A stretch of DNA of 64,000 nucleotides, from contig JBKAGE010000036.1 of NCBI GenBank assembly GCA_046290225.1, positions 320,001 to 384,000 of the forward strand, given 5' to 3'. This document shows, piece by piece, positions 9,069 through 19,467 of this stretch (position 1 is its first letter; each line of letters opens with the position of its first letter). The notes beneath the pieces are model-generated. The model saw nothing but the letters and a program-made list of their open reading frames with translations. It had not been told where the DNA came from and made no database searches. The DNA comes from Bradymonadia bacterium (GTDB taxonomy: Bacteria > Myxococcota_A > Bradymonadia > UBA7976 > UBA1532). The position numbers and the translations under genes were made by a program.

Positions 9069-10133
9069 TCACCACCTACCCGACCAGTTGAACATGGCCC
9101 CCTGACCTGACGGCGTCGGGCTCACGCTGGGCGTCGGCTCAGTGGGCACACCGCCGGGATCGAGTACCAGAAGAGAAATGCCGACACCCAGGGCCGCAGC
9201 GCCGATGCCCAGGGCCCCTGCCCCTGCCCAGCGGGTGTCGTAGACATTGGGACACTCTGTACGGCCGCGGCCATCATCACAGGTGATGTCACCGTCGAGA
9301 TCGATGAGCCAGATGCCACCACCCACCAGCAGAGCACCACCGATGATGCTGCCCCAGCCGTACTGAGCGTAGCTGTCGGTGCGCTCGATGGTGCGCTCGG
9401 TCCGCGTCAATGCCGTCGTCGGCTCCGCCACCACCTTCAAGGGGATCTTCACCGTGATGGGGCCCTTGGCGTCAGCCTTCACCGTCACCGGTCGATCCTC
9501 GGGCTCGAAGCCTGCCTTGCTCAATTTGAGCACATGATCTCCGGGCTTCAGCTTCACCGTGAGGGGGGTCTTGCCCTGGAACACCTCGGCGACGTAGACA
9601 TCCGCCCCTGGGGGGGTGCTTTGTACCTGCACATCCATCGGCGCGTCGGCGGGGGCCTTCTTCGGCGCAGGCGCCTTGAGCTGATCAGCGAGCCCCTTCA
9701 CCGCCTTGGGGATGGTGATCGATGCCACCTCGCCCACAGCGCACAGCTCACAGGTCTCGACCTTCGGCGCCCCGACCTTGCCCTGGGCCGCGTCGTAGAC
9801 CACCACCGTGACCTTGTAGATTTCGTCTTCGCTGATCACGCTGCTCATGACCGCGAAGCGCGCCTTTGCCGCTTGAGTGAGCGCCGCCCCACACTCGGGG
9901 CCAGTACACTTGTCTGCGGTGATTTTTGCCGTGCCCATCGCCGCAGCAGTGCTGTCCCGGCCCACGACTTTACGGGTCCTGGCGACCGCCTTGCGCACAG
10001 CATCGTCGAACTTCGCACGAATGGCGTCGGAGATGCCCGCGCCCACCCTCACGGGCGGACACACCACCTTGTCGGCGAAACTCTCGGTGGGCAGGGCGGC
10101 GAGAATGAGGCAGATGATCGACGTCCGCAGCAT
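9069..10133 (-). CDS. PEGA-domain exported/membrane protein
   Basis: AGGAGA RBS and signal peptide. PEGA motif VQSTPPGADVYV..GKTPLTVKLKPGDHVLKLSKAGF. Two Gly-rich hydrophobic helices at the C-terminus. Confidence 0.85.
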   Translation of the reverse strand: MLRTSIICLILAALPTESFADKVVCPPVRVGAGISDAIRAKFDDAVRKAVARTRKVVGRDSTAAAMGTAKITADKCTGPECGAALTQAAKARFAVMSSVISEDEIYKVTVVVYDAAQGKVGAPKVETCELCAVGEVASITIPKAVKGLADQLKAPAPKKAPADAPMDVQVQSTPPGADVYVAEVFQGKTPLTVKLKPGDHVLKLSKAGFEPEDRPVTVKADAKGPITVKIPLKVVAEPTTALTRTERTIERTDSYAQYGWGSIIGGALLVGGGIWLIDLDGDITCDDGRGRTECPNVYDTRWAGAGALGIGAAALGVGISLLVLDPGGVPTEPTPSVSPTPSGQGAMFNWSGRW

Positions 10134-10202
10134 GCGCTGGTGTTCTCCTGCTGATAGAGCACCCAGCGATACTGTATCCATCCTGCGACAATGTCGATGC
10201 TT

Positions 10203-10979
10203 TTACCGACTCTCACCCTCGAGAACATCCACCACCATGGCGGTGATGTTGTCGTGACCCCCGGCGGCGAGGGCATCTTCGGTGAGTACCCGGGCGGCCA
10301 CGTTGGGTCGACGACATGTGATGAGACGTTGACGAATGCTCTCGTCAGAGACGAGATCGGTGAGCCCATCCGTGCACAGCAAGAAGCGATCACCGGGCAT
10401 CAGATCCACCTGCTCGACGTCGACAGCGACGTTGGGCGAGAGGCCCAGGGCCCGCACGATGACGTTCTTGTAGGGGAAGCTCGACGCCTCATGGGGTTGC
10501 AACACCCCCAGGCGTAGATACTCGTTCACCAGAGAGTGATCCCAGGTGATCTGCGTCAACCTGCCCCCTCTCAGGTGATAGACCCGGCTGTCACCCACAT
10601 GGGCCACGTGAGCGATGTGCTGGTGCACCCAGATCGCCACGACGGTCGTGCCCATACCCTCGTAGTCAGGCCGCACACGTGCTGAAGCCAGAATCTCCTG
10701 GTTCGCGATGCGCACCGCATCGGCGAGGTAGAGGGCGCTCTGGGTCACCCATGATCCCTGCCCCTGCTGTGTATTGAACGTGGGACGGGTCTCGAACTGG
10801 TTGCGGACTGCTTCGACTGCGAGCTGGCTGGCCACCTCGCCGGAGGCATGGCCACCCATACCGTCGGCGACGACAAAGACCCCCCCACGGGGCATCGCCA
10901 TCCACGCGTCTTCGTTGTGATCTCTGACCCGGCCGACATCAGTGACGACGCCGAACCGGCACACGCCTGGCGCCGTCAT
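10203..10979 (-). CDS. PP2C-family Ser/Thr phosphatase (Stp1/PrpC type)
   Basis: TDVGRVRDHNED, VADGMGGH, GMGTT, HVGDSR, LCTDGL, GGHDNIT. Confidence 0.95.
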   Translation of the reverse strand: MTAPGVCRFGVVTDVGRVRDHNEDAWMAMPRGGVFVVADGMGGHASGEVASQLAVEAVRNQFETRPTFNTQQGQGSWVTQSALYLADAVRIANQEILASARVRPDYEGMGTTVVAIWVHQHIAHVAHVGDSRVYHLRGGRLTQITWDHSLVNEYLRLGVLQPHEASSFPYKNVIVRALGLSPNVAVDVEQVDLMPGDRFLLCTDGLTDLVSDESIRQRLITCRRPNVAARVLTEDALAAGGHDNITAMVVDVLEGESR

Positions 10980-11578
10980 ACGTCGAGCTTTCGTGCCAGA
11001 GACTTCACTCCATCGTGCTCTGCATCGATGGCCATCAGGCGCTCAAGGTGCCGTTGGGCAATGGGCGCCCGGCCGATCTCGATGAGCTCGTCGGCGATCT
11101 CCAGTCTCAAGCGCACCACCTGGGCGATGCCCTCAGCATCACCGGAGGCGGCTTTGCGCTCCGCCTCCCCCAATGACAGAAGTCGGCCGACCCGCTCTCT
11201 CAAGCGGCTGATGCGCACCGGCTTGGTCATGTAGTCGTCTACACCCGATGCCTGAGCCTGACGCAAGCTCTCACCATCTTCCCGAGCGGTGATCACCATG
11301 ACCGGCAGCTGCCCGGTGTAGTGCATCTTCAGGTAGCGGGTGGTCTCCAGACCGTCGAGACGGGGCATCATGATGTCCATGAGCACCAGGTCGGGCAGGT
11401 TGTTCTGGGTGATCAGGATCGCGTGCTCACCATCGGCCACACGCTTGACCTTCAACCCCATGCTCGCCACCCCCCGAACGATCAGGGCCGCAGCGGCGTC
11501 ATCATCTTCTACGAGTAGGATGTCGTAGGGATGATTCGGCGCTTGCCCCTCGCTCCTGGCGTTTATCGACTCACTCAC
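10976..11578 (-). CDS. Response regulator (receiver + short TPR-like helical tail)
   Basis: LLVEDD, DLVLMDIMMPRLDG, VITA, YMTKP. Confidence 0.9.
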   Translation of the reverse strand: MSESINARSEGQAPNHPYDILLVEDDDAAAALIVRGVASMGLKVKRVADGEHAILITQNNLPDLVLMDIMMPRLDGLETTRYLKMHYTGQLPVMVITAREDGESLRQAQASGVDDYMTKPVRISRLRERVGRLLSLGEAERKAASGDAEGIAQVVRLRLEIADELIEIGRAPIAQRHLERLMAIDAEHDGVKSLARKLDV

Positions 11579-11622
11579 GATCCCTCACTCCTCTCCACCT
11601 CAATGCGCTACGGCACCTATGC

Positions 11623-14004
11623 TCACCCTTCGGCGATCTCCCCCGATCGCTCAAGGGGTAGGCTCACTCGGAAGACACTTCCCTCCCCTTTTTGGGAAGA
11701 CACCTTCACCGAGCCGCCCATGCTGTGACACAGCTCCTTGGTGATGGCCAGGCCCAAACCCGAGCCACTGTATCTGCGGGTGCGGGATCCATCTGCCTGA
11801 CGAAACTTCTCGAAAATCGCCGGCAACAGCTCGGTGTCGATGCCGATGCCGGTGTCTCGCACCTCTAGAAAGAGTCGGTCCTGATGGGGCCACAGCTTGA
11901 CCCTCACCTCACCCTCTTCCGTGAACTTGATCGCGTTCGAGACCAGATTCTGCACGATGCGGGTGAACTTGTCCTGATCGATGAGGACCACCCCTACGGC
12001 TTCGTCGACCTCATGGGCCAGGGCGATGCCCTTGCTGTCGGCCATGGGCTTGAGGTGACCCGTGCACTCAGAGAGCAGCTCGCCCACATCGACAGGACGC
12101 ACGTCGATGGTGATCTTGCCCGCCTCGATGCGCGACAGGTCGAGGATGTCCGTGATCAAGGCCAGCAGCTGCTCCGCGTTGCGCATCACCTTGCCGAGAT
12201 TCTCCCGGCTCGTGTCCTTCATCTGACCATCACGGAGCATCACCAGCTCGGTGAACCCGATGATGGCGTTGAGCGGGGTCCGCAGCTCGTGGCTCACGGT
12301 GGCGAGGAACTCGCTCTTGAGCTGGTTCGCCTGCTCGAGTTCGGTGTTCACCTCTTCGAGCTCTCGGGTCTTTTGCTCCAGCGCCACCGCCGAGGTCCGG
12401 ATGGTCTCCACGGATCGCGCGTTGTTCAGGGCCACGGCGATTTGGAAGATCGAGTCTTCGACGAAGTGGCGGACCTCTTCGTCGAAGGGGGTCATGCCCG
12501 CGAGCTCCACCACCCCCATGAGCTCGTCCTGGAAGATCATGGGCACCACCAGGATCGAGCCGGTATGGGCTTCGATGACCCCGGTGATGATCTTGAGATC
12601 GGCGAGGGGCACATCGGCGAAGTGCAGGCTCTCGCGATCCCGGGCGGCCTGACCGACGAGCCCTTCTCCGAACCGGACGCGCTCGAGGAGCATGGCCCCT
12701 CGCAACACCGCAAAGCTCTCGGCGAGGAGCAGCTCCTCGCGGCCAGCCATCTTGAGATACATGCACCCCGCCTTCGCCCCCGTGGCCTGGGACAACGATT
12801 TCAGCGAGAGTCGCAAGATGTCGGAGACGTGCACGCTCCGGTTGAGACCGGTGACGAGCTGATCACGGTGATGCTGTTGCTCTTTGACGCTGATGAGCGA
12901 TCGCGCCAGGTGATTGAACGCACCCCCGAGCTCGCCCAGCTCCGAGACGCCTCCGGGGAGCTTCACTTCGTCCCGAGGCGACTCGCCACGCTCCAGCCTG
13001 CGGGCCAGATCTTTGAGCGCCCAGAGGTCGCGCTCCATGCTGCCGATGAAGGCGCCCATCAGCAGAGCTGCGAGGCCGAACCCCACCACGGTCATGCCGA
13101 TCAGCCAGATCAGGCTGTTGTAGCGGCGGTTCTGGATCTCCGTCATCCGCGTCTCTACGCGCTGACGCTCGTCTGCGGTGAGGGCGGCGGTGTACTCCCA
13201 CAGCGTCTCGAAGTGCTCCAACCATGCGTACTCGAGGGCGATGAATCGCCGCTCCACCGACTCCCGCTTCACCACGTTCACCTGCATTTCAAGAAGCACC
13301 TTGCCGATGCTGTCGATGAGGCCCAGGGTCGGGCGCCTCTGTGCTGATCCGGCCATCTCCCGTATCACTCTGCGGCGGAGCGACTTGAGGTGAGCAAGGT
13401 GCGTGTCCAGCGCCTCCTTCCATGGGGTGAGGGCCTCGGCGCTGGCATATCTCAGCAGTTCGAATGTCTGCAGCAGGTCGATGCTGAAGCGCTCGACGCG
13501 ATCGGCGATTTCCTGGGGCAATGCCGACTCGCCCTGTTGGGAGACCAGACCGTTGGAGCGGCCGGCGATGAGCTGCACTTGCGATGCGAGGGTGGTGCTC
13601 AGCTTCTCGATCTGAACCCGGTGAGCGCTGCGGTTTTCACTCAGCTTTTTGCTCAGATCGTCGAGATGGCTCAGCTCTTCCGAGACCACCACCTTCTTGA
13701 TCTCGCTCTTCTCCCAGTGCTCCGAAGCTTGCTCGATGAGGCCTCGCAGCTGATCTCTCAGGCGCTGACTTTCAGCCTCGAAGGCCTCGCCAGCGCCGCT
13801 GTTGAAGCGCTCTTGAGCGATGCGGAGTCTGTGCATCGTGGTGCGGATCGCCGACTGCTGTCGCACGCTGTCGAACTCGGTGGCCACGAGGGCCTGAGCG
13901 CCTCGGTGCAGTTTGGCGATGTGATAATAGCTGGTGGCGATGAGGGCGCCGCCAGTGATCAGAATCACCAGGCCGATCAGCAGCAGCCGGATCCGCAGGG
14001 TCAT
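11623..14004 (-). CDS. Membrane sensor histidine kinase (periplasmic helical sensor, HAMP, GAF, HisKA, HATPase)
   Basis: Two TM helices, HAMP ELGELGGAFNHL, GAF GEGLVGQAA..VPMIF, SHELRTPLNAI, NLVSNAIKFT, DTGIGI, GSGLGL. Confidence 0.95.
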   Translation of the reverse strand: MTLRIRLLLIGLVILITGGALIATSYYHIAKLHRGAQALVATEFDSVRQQSAIRTTMHRLRIAQERFNSGAGEAFEAESQRLRDQLRGLIEQASEHWEKSEIKKVVVSEELSHLDDLSKKLSENRSAHRVQIEKLSTTLASQVQLIAGRSNGLVSQQGESALPQEIADRVERFSIDLLQTFELLRYASAEALTPWKEALDTHLAHLKSLRRRVIREMAGSAQRRPTLGLIDSIGKVLLEMQVNVVKRESVERRFIALEYAWLEHFETLWEYTAALTADERQRVETRMTEIQNRRYNSLIWLIGMTVVGFGLAALLMGAFIGSMERDLWALKDLARRLERGESPRDEVKLPGGVSELGELGGAFNHLARSLISVKEQQHHRDQLVTGLNRSVHVSDILRLSLKSLSQATGAKAGCMYLKMAGREELLLAESFAVLRGAMLLERVRFGEGLVGQAARDRESLHFADVPLADLKIITGVIEAHTGSILVVPMIFQDELMGVVELAGMTPFDEEVRHFVEDSIFQIAVALNNARSVETIRTSAVALEQKTRELEEVNTELEQANQLKSEFLATVSHELRTPLNAIIGFTELVMLRDGQMKDTSRENLGKVMRNAEQLLALITDILDLSRIEAGKITIDVRPVDVGELLSECTGHLKPMADSKGIALAHEVDEAVGVVLIDQDKFTRIVQNLVSNAIKFTEEGEVRVKLWPHQDRLFLEVRDTGIGIDTELLPAIFEKFRQADGSRTRRYSGSGLGLAITKELCHSMGGSVKVSSQKGEGSVFRVSLPLERSGEIAEG

Positions 14005-15830
14005 TTTTCAGCAGTCCATGGGGGCGGCAGGAGCGGCGAGCGCCCCTTGTCTTTTTGAGTGCGCTGAAGCTCGATCTCTTCAAAGAGCATGGCCGGGGCC
14101 ACTGCGCTCACGGGCACATACCCGCTCTCGGCACCGCAGAAACCATTGAAGGCGTCCATCTCCTCGCTGGCGGCGAGGATTTTGTTCATCGCCGTGAGCG
14201 GGGTACCCACCATCTCCACCCCACGAACCAGCGTCTCCTCGCCGGTCCTGGCGTCGACGCGATACACGAGGCGGGGGGAGCCCTTGAAGGCCTGGTAACC
14301 GTAGTTGCTGGTGTTCGTGGATCCCCCGGTGATGTCCCGAATGACGAGGCCGTAAGGCTTGCCTTGCTTACGTGCTGCCTTGACGAGCATGTCGGTGAGC
14401 TTTTTCCGGGGCACGCGGCGGCTCGACTCCACGATCAAGTTGCCCATCCGGGCCATGGGGCTGCGCGTGCTCTGGGTCCGACCGTGGCCGTTGCTCTCCG
14501 GAGCACCCTCCACAGGGGTACGGCTGGTGAGGAATGTCTTGAGCACTCCGTCTTGCACCAGCACCACGTTTCGAGAAGGCACGCCTTGATCGTCGTGGGT
14601 GTAGTAGCCGTTGAGGGGCAGCGAGCCGATGGACTTCACCGTAGGATCATCTCGTACGGAGATGAAGGTGGGCAGGATCCGCGTACCCAGCTGTCCCTGG
14701 AAGGTACGACCCTCTTCCTCGTCGCTCTGACGCTCGCCTTCCAGTCGGTGACCGAGGGTTTCGTGGAAGAACACGCCGGTGGCCTGAGGCTCCAAGATCG
14801 CCGGACCGGTGTACGGATCGGCCACGGGCGCATTCCTGAGGGCCTCGAGGTTCTTCAGGGCCTCGTCCACCTGGGCGAAGAGCGTGGCCTCGTCGGGCAG
14901 CGTGCTCCACTCGCGGCTGTAGTGCGTACGCCCCTGCTCCAGCAGCATGCCGTCGGGGGCCCGGGTGATGGCTTCGAAGGCCACAGTGTACAGACGCTGG
15001 TCCTTGACGATCTCAGTGCCTTCGCTGTTGACCAGGTACACCCGCCAGAGGGTGCCCTCGATGCGCACCGCCCCTTCGAGCAGCTTCGGATCAGCCTTGA
15101 ACTTCGCCGAGAGCCTCCGGGCCAGATCGGCCCATCCCGCCCGATCAGTTTCCAGCTTCAGCGGCGTGTCACGGTGCTTGATCGCCTCTGCCTTGCTCAG
15201 GCTGCCCACCTTGCGATCGTCGATCTCGCTCACCTTTTGAGCGCGCTTCTTCAGAAAGTTCGACAGAGCATTCTTGTAGGCCACGTCGGTGAGCAGCCAG
15301 AGCGTGGCCCTCAAGATGGCGGCGGACCCCTCAATTGGGGCGTCCTGACTGGGCTCGAAAGCTGCGGGCTCGCCGAACAGATCGAAGTCGTTGGCCTTGA
15401 GGCTGCTGTCGAAGTCGTAGCTGCCCACCCGAACGTCCACGGCCACACGTCGGCGGCGATCGTCTTCGTCTTCGAGCAAGGCGCCGAAACGCGCCTGCAC
15501 CCTCACGCTCCGAGCGTCGACGATGCGGTAGGCGATGAAATAGGGGTGCTCGTAGTCTTCGAGCTTGAGCTCTCCCTGACTGCGCTTCAGCTCGTCGGCC
15601 ATAGCCTTGAGGATCACCGTACGCTCGGCAGGATCCATGGGCTCGCCCCCGGCACCCGCCTGAGCAGGCGCCGCGATGGCGGAAGAGACCAGTCCGCCCG
15701 CACAGACAATGCCGAGGGTGAGGACGAAGAGAGCCTTTTGCGTGACCTTCGCTGTGATGTACACGTGTCGCTTCACCTTGAATGGGCACCCGTGAGCCGC
15801 GGCTTCAGGGTGCTGTTTTGATGTCTTCAC
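14001..15830 (-). CDS. tldD: TldD/PmbA-family metalloprotease, apparently exported
   Basis: HETLGHRLEG, DDPT..DDQG, SNGHGR..RMGN, FCG. Hydrophobic signal-like N-terminus. The true start may be GTG at 15764. Confidence 0.85.
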   Translation of the reverse strand: MKTSKQHPEAAAHGCPFKVKRHVYITAKVTQKALFVLTLGIVCAGGLVSSAIAAPAQAGAGGEPMDPAERTVILKAMADELKRSQGELKLEDYEHPYFIAYRIVDARSVRVQARFGALLEDEDDRRRRVAVDVRVGSYDFDSSLKANDFDLFGEPAAFEPSQDAPIEGSAAILRATLWLLTDVAYKNALSNFLKKRAQKVSEIDDRKVGSLSKAEAIKHRDTPLKLETDRAGWADLARRLSAKFKADPKLLEGAVRIEGTLWRVYLVNSEGTEIVKDQRLYTVAFEAITRAPDGMLLEQGRTHYSREWSTLPDEATLFAQVDEALKNLEALRNAPVADPYTGPAILEPQATGVFFHETLGHRLEGERQSDEEEGRTFQGQLGTRILPTFISVRDDPTVKSIGSLPLNGYYTHDDQGVPSRNVVLVQDGVLKTFLTSRTPVEGAPESNGHGRTQSTRSPMARMGNLIVESSRRVPRKKLTDMLVKAARKQGKPYGLVIRDITGGSTNTSNYGYQAFKGSPRLVYRVDARTGEETLVRGVEMVGTPLTAMNKILAASEEMDAFNGFCGAESGYVPVSAVAPAMLFEEIELQRTQKDKGRSPLLPPPWTAEK

Positions 15831-17167
15831 ACCCCGTAGAGCGCGTCGTCAACTTCGGATCGCCCCTTCGATGGGTCGAGACCCACGGACTGCCCGTGGG
15901 TGCCGCCCTCTTGGACACTGATCCACGGGCCGGCGTTCCCGAAGATCTCACGCGCTTCTCGGCCCTGGGGCTCGACCCCGTCGAGGTGATCTCTCACACG
16001 TTGGGACCAGACCCGCTCTCAGAGGATCCGATCTCCGCGCTGGAGGCGTTGCACCAACGCAGCCTGCTCGAAGGCCTCGACGCGCGCCTGGGGCCGAGGC
16101 CCATGGTCATGTGCGCCCTCGCCTACGATCTCGGCCGTTGCTTCGAGCGCTTGCCGGCGCTTCGCCCTCGAGACCATACCCTGCCCGATCTGTGGGCCGC
16201 CCGCTATTCGGCGGTCTACGTATGGGATCATTTGTGCCAGCGCGGTCGAATCACCGCCGAGTCTCCCGAGGCCGCCGCTCAACTGGCCCACCGGCTCGCA
16301 GCGCCGGCTTCACCCCCTGCCCCGCTCACCCCGGGCACCGCACGACCCGCCATGGACCGTGAGGCATATCTCGACGCCATCGCCCAAATTCGTGAGCACA
16401 TCCGCCTCGGCGATGTCTACCAGGTGAACTTCACGCTGCGCTTCACCGCCACCCTCCCCACCTCGGGGTCCGATCCAGCAGCTCTGTTCTCTGCTCTGCG
16501 TCGAGAGACCTCGGCCCCCTTCGCCGTGGCCATGCGCCTCGACGCAGATCGCGCCATCCTCAGCGTGAGCCCGGAGCGCTATCTGAAGTGGCGCCCGGGC
16601 GGTGTGGTGGAGACCCGGCCGATCAAGGGCACCCGACCTCGTGGCGCCGATGCCCGAGAAGACGCCGCGCTCTCCGAGCAGCTGCAACACAGCGCCAAGG
16701 ATCGCGCCGAGCACATCATGATCGTCGATCTGGAGCGCAACGATCTCGGTCGATTGTGTGTGCCGGGCACAGTGCGCCCCAGCCGACTGCTGGCCCCTGA
16801 AGCGCACCCCACGGTGCACCACCTCGTGAGCACGGTCGAAGGGGTGCTCCGCCCTCAGGTGGGGCTGAACGATCTCCTGCAGGCCACCTTCCCCGGCGGC
16901 AGCATCACCGGCGCGCCCAAAATCAGGGCCATGGAGATCATCGAGCAGCTGGAGCAGAGTCGCCGGGGCATCTACTGCGGAGCTCTGGGCTATCTCGATG
17001 CCCTCGGTGGAGGCGATCTGAACCTGCCGATCCGCACCGCATGGGTCGACGGTGATCAGCTCGTGTACCCCGCTGGGGGCGGCATCGTCATCGACAGTGA
17101 TGGTGAAGAAGAATGGGCTGAGGTGGCCGCCAAGGCGGCGGCCTTCACCCGCGCCTGCGGCGGGTGA
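15821..17167 (+). CDS. pabB: Aminodeoxychorismate synthase component I (chorismate-binding family)
   Basis: GDVYQVN, SPERY, TRPIKGTRPRG, KDRAEHIMIVDLERNDLGR, FPGGSITGAPKIRAMEII. Confidence 0.9.
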   Translation: MSSHPVERVVNFGSPLRWVETHGLPVGAALLDTDPRAGVPEDLTRFSALGLDPVEVISHTLGPDPLSEDPISALEALHQRSLLEGLDARLGPRPMVMCALAYDLGRCFERLPALRPRDHTLPDLWAARYSAVYVWDHLCQRGRITAESPEAAAQLAHRLAAPASPPAPLTPGTARPAMDREAYLDAIAQIREHIRLGDVYQVNFTLRFTATLPTSGSDPAALFSALRRETSAPFAVAMRLDADRAILSVSPERYLKWRPGGVVETRPIKGTRPRGADAREDAALSEQLQHSAKDRAEHIMIVDLERNDLGRLCVPGTVRPSRLLAPEAHPTVHHLVSTVEGVLRPQVGLNDLLQATFPGGSITGAPKIRAMEIIEQLEQSRRGIYCGALGYLDALGGGDLNLPIRTAWVDGDQLVYPAGGGIVIDSDGEEEWAEVAAKAAAFTRACGG

Positions 17168-17190
17168 TCACGAGATCGAGTTTACTGCAG

Positions 17191-17634
17191 CTACTGCTGC
17201 TGGGACTTCTGGGCATTCCAGCGACCGCCCCCCTCTTCCGCCTGATCGTACCCCCAGGTGCCCTGCAGCTTCGTACCCGCGTGGGTGATGCGGAAGACGG
17301 CCTTGCCCCGCTTGGGGAAGATGGCCCTGGCGGTGTCGCCGGGCTCGATCCAGTCGATGCGCAACAGATCACCGTTGATCTTGCCCCGGAGGGTGCCGTC
17401 GTATTCTGGCCCTCGGGGGTTCTGATAGCTGCCCTGAACAGTGTCGCCCGACTGGATCAGCTTCATGTCGCCGAACTCCTGGCTGTACCAGAGCCCGTTG
17501 AGGTTGAGACCGGGGATCGCTGGCCCTGGTTGCATTTTGGGCTTCTCGGGTGCGCCACCACAGCCTGCGAGGTTGCCAGTTGTACCGACAAGGGCCAGGG
17601 CGAGGACGATGCGCTTGATCATGAAGCGGGACAT
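17191..17634 (-). CDS. Small beta-rich lipoprotein
   Basis: Lipobox LAGC; LNGLWYSQEFGDMKL..GSY..GTWG pattern. Confidence 0.75.
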   Translation of the reverse strand: MSRFMIKRIVLALALVGTTGNLAGCGGAPEKPKMQPGPAIPGLNLNGLWYSQEFGDMKLIQSGDTVQGSYQNPRGPEYDGTLRGKINGDLLRIDWIEPGDTARAIFPKRGKAVFRITHAGTKLQGTWGYDQAEEGGGRWNAQKSQQQ

Positions 17635-17687
17635 TGTGGCTCCAGTGAAGTCATGACAGGGAACAAGTACCCGCCCCAGCGGCGCTG

Positions 17688-18521
17688 TCAAGCCTCGGCG
17701 ATGGCGCTCAACAGCGCATGGTGGAGGCGGTGCCCTGCGCATTGGGCCACGACACGTGCCTGAAGCGGACGCCCGAGACACATCAGATCACCGAGGAGAT
17801 CGAGGGCCTTGTGACGCACGGGCTCGTCAGGCCAGCGGAGCCCGTCGACGTTGAGGGGCACACCAGCGTCGTCGAAGACCACCGTGTTCTCCAAACTCAC
17901 CCCACCGAGCACCCCAGCGGCAGCGAGGGCTTCTCGATCTCTCAAATGACCAAAGGTCCTGGCGTGGGCCACCGCGGCGATCATGTCGGATCCAGGCGGG
18001 CCACACTCGAGCACCATGGGTTGCTGAGGCGGATAGTGCACCTCGACCCGTGCGCTGAAGCGCTCAGCGGGCGTGGCGACGATGCAGGCCTGCCCCTCGG
18101 CGACCTCGATTGTGCGCTCGAGCACAACCGGTGAATACGGCGGCTCCCCCTCAAGTTCCACCGCTGCGATGGCCTCGACCCATCGGCCCGCGCTCCCATC
18201 GAAGATTGGCGGCTCTCCGCCTTCGATGGCGATCTCGGCGTCGGTGATGCCCATCAACCAGAGCGCACCGAGCAGGTGCTCCACCAGAGCCACTGGGCCA
18301 CGGGCGGTCATCACGGCGGTGGCGCGACTCACGTTCGGGATCAAGACACGAGGCGTCAGAGGAGTGTCATTGATCACCACCCCCCGCCGGCCAGGAGAGA
18401 TGGTGGTGACACAGGGCGCACCACTCCTTAGCCCCACGCCGCTTTGAATCACGACATCGGCCACCGTGCGGCGTTTAAGCCAACTCTCGTCGTCGGTGCA
18501 AAAGCGTGCGCTGGAGTCCAT
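17688..18521 (-). CDS. lpxC: UDP-3-O-acyl-N-acetylglucosamine deacetylase
   Basis: SGVGLRSG, VEHLLGAL, EPPIFDGSA, ARTFG, EPVRHKALDLLGDL, AGHRLH. Start approximate. Confidence 0.92.
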   Translation of the reverse strand: MDSSARFCTDDESWLKRRTVADVVIQSGVGLRSGAPCVTTISPGRRGVVINDTPLTPRVLIPNVSRATAVMTARGPVALVEHLLGALWLMGITDAEIAIEGGEPPIFDGSAGRWVEAIAAVELEGEPPYSPVVLERTIEVAEGQACIVATPAERFSARVEVHYPPQQPMVLECGPPGSDMIAAVAHARTFGHLRDREALAAAGVLGGVSLENTVVFDDAGVPLNVDGLRWPDEPVRHKALDLLGDLMCLGRPLQARVVAQCAGHRLHHALLSAIAEA

Positions 18522-18573
18522 CGACCACTCCTGGCAGGATGAGCCCCTCTTCATCGTCGATGTGCAAGGTTCG

Positions 18574-19467
18574 ATGCCAGTGTTCTCTGATCTCATGCAC
18601 CTTCTGCCGGCGCCCTCGGCCGCCCTGCTGTTCGCCCTCGCCGCCCTGTCCACCGGGTGTGGTGGTGACGACAGCAGCGGAGACGACAGCGAACCGGTGA
18701 TGCCCGACGCCACCGTCGCCGACGCCTTCGTCATCACCGAGACCTCGTGCGACTCCGCCTCCGGCCGCGCCCTTGTGCCCGGAGGGCCCTTCACCTGTGA
18801 GGGCGAGCCCGAGTACGTCACCATCGAGACCCGACGTGACGGCGCCGCGTACCAGTACGACATCTTCACCTATGAGGCGAGCCACCCGCTCTCGACCGAG
18901 ACCCTCGCGTTCCCGTGTGCCGGTGAGAGCGACGTCGAAGCCGGCATCGCCAACTTCGCGGCACCAGAGGGCGCAGAAGCGTGCTCCATCGCCGGCGTCC
19001 GCCCCTGGCACAGCGTCACCTGGGAAGAAGCCCGTACAGCGTGTCAGGCCATCGGCTGGCGCATGTGCGACGACTTCGAGATCGAGCGCGGCTGTACCGG
19101 GGGCGATGGCCGCCGGTACACCTACGGCGATCAGTTCCGCTCTGGCACTCAGGGCTGCAACGTACAGCAGTCCTACCTTGCTCCTGGCGCCGAGTTCACC
19201 AGCGAAGCCCCTACGGGCAGCTTCGAGTTCTGCGTGAGCGCCGATGGTGTCTTCGATCTCAACGGCAACCTCTGGGAATGGTCTGGCAGCCCCCTCGAAG
19301 ACGACTCTCGAGGTCGACGCTATGTCGGTGCAGGCTGGAAGATCATCGCCGAGCGCCACCAGGACGAAGAGCAAGCCTGTCAGGCTGAATCGCAGGTGCT
19401 GGGCTCTTTTGCCCGCAGCTTCAAGAGCCCCATCGTGGGTTTCCGCTGCTGCCGTGACGCCCAGTGA
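18574..19467 (+). CDS. FGE-sulfatase (SUMF1/EgtB-like) domain lipoprotein
   Basis: Lipobox STGC; VTWEEARTAC..GWRMC, GVFDLNGNLWEW, GFRCC. Confidence 0.85.
   Translation: MPVFSDLMHLLPAPSAALLFALAALSTGCGGDDSSGDDSEPVMPDATVADAFVITETSCDSASGRALVPGGPFTCEGEPEYVTIETRRDGAAYQYDIFTYEASHPLSTETLAFPCAGESDVEAGIANFAAPEGAEACSIAGVRPWHSVTWEEARTACQAIGWRMCDDFEIERGCTGGDGRRYTYGDQFRSGTQGCNVQQSYLAPGAEFTSEAPTGSFEFCVSADGVFDLNGNLWEWSGSPLEDDSRGRRYVGAGWKIIAERHQDEEQACQAESQVLGSFARSFKSPIVGFRCCRDAQ

Noticed and set aside
18522..18869. N-terminal extension of LpxC in the ORF track
   Set aside because: It overlaps the divergent FGE lipoprotein gene; LpxC similarity begins near KRRTV.
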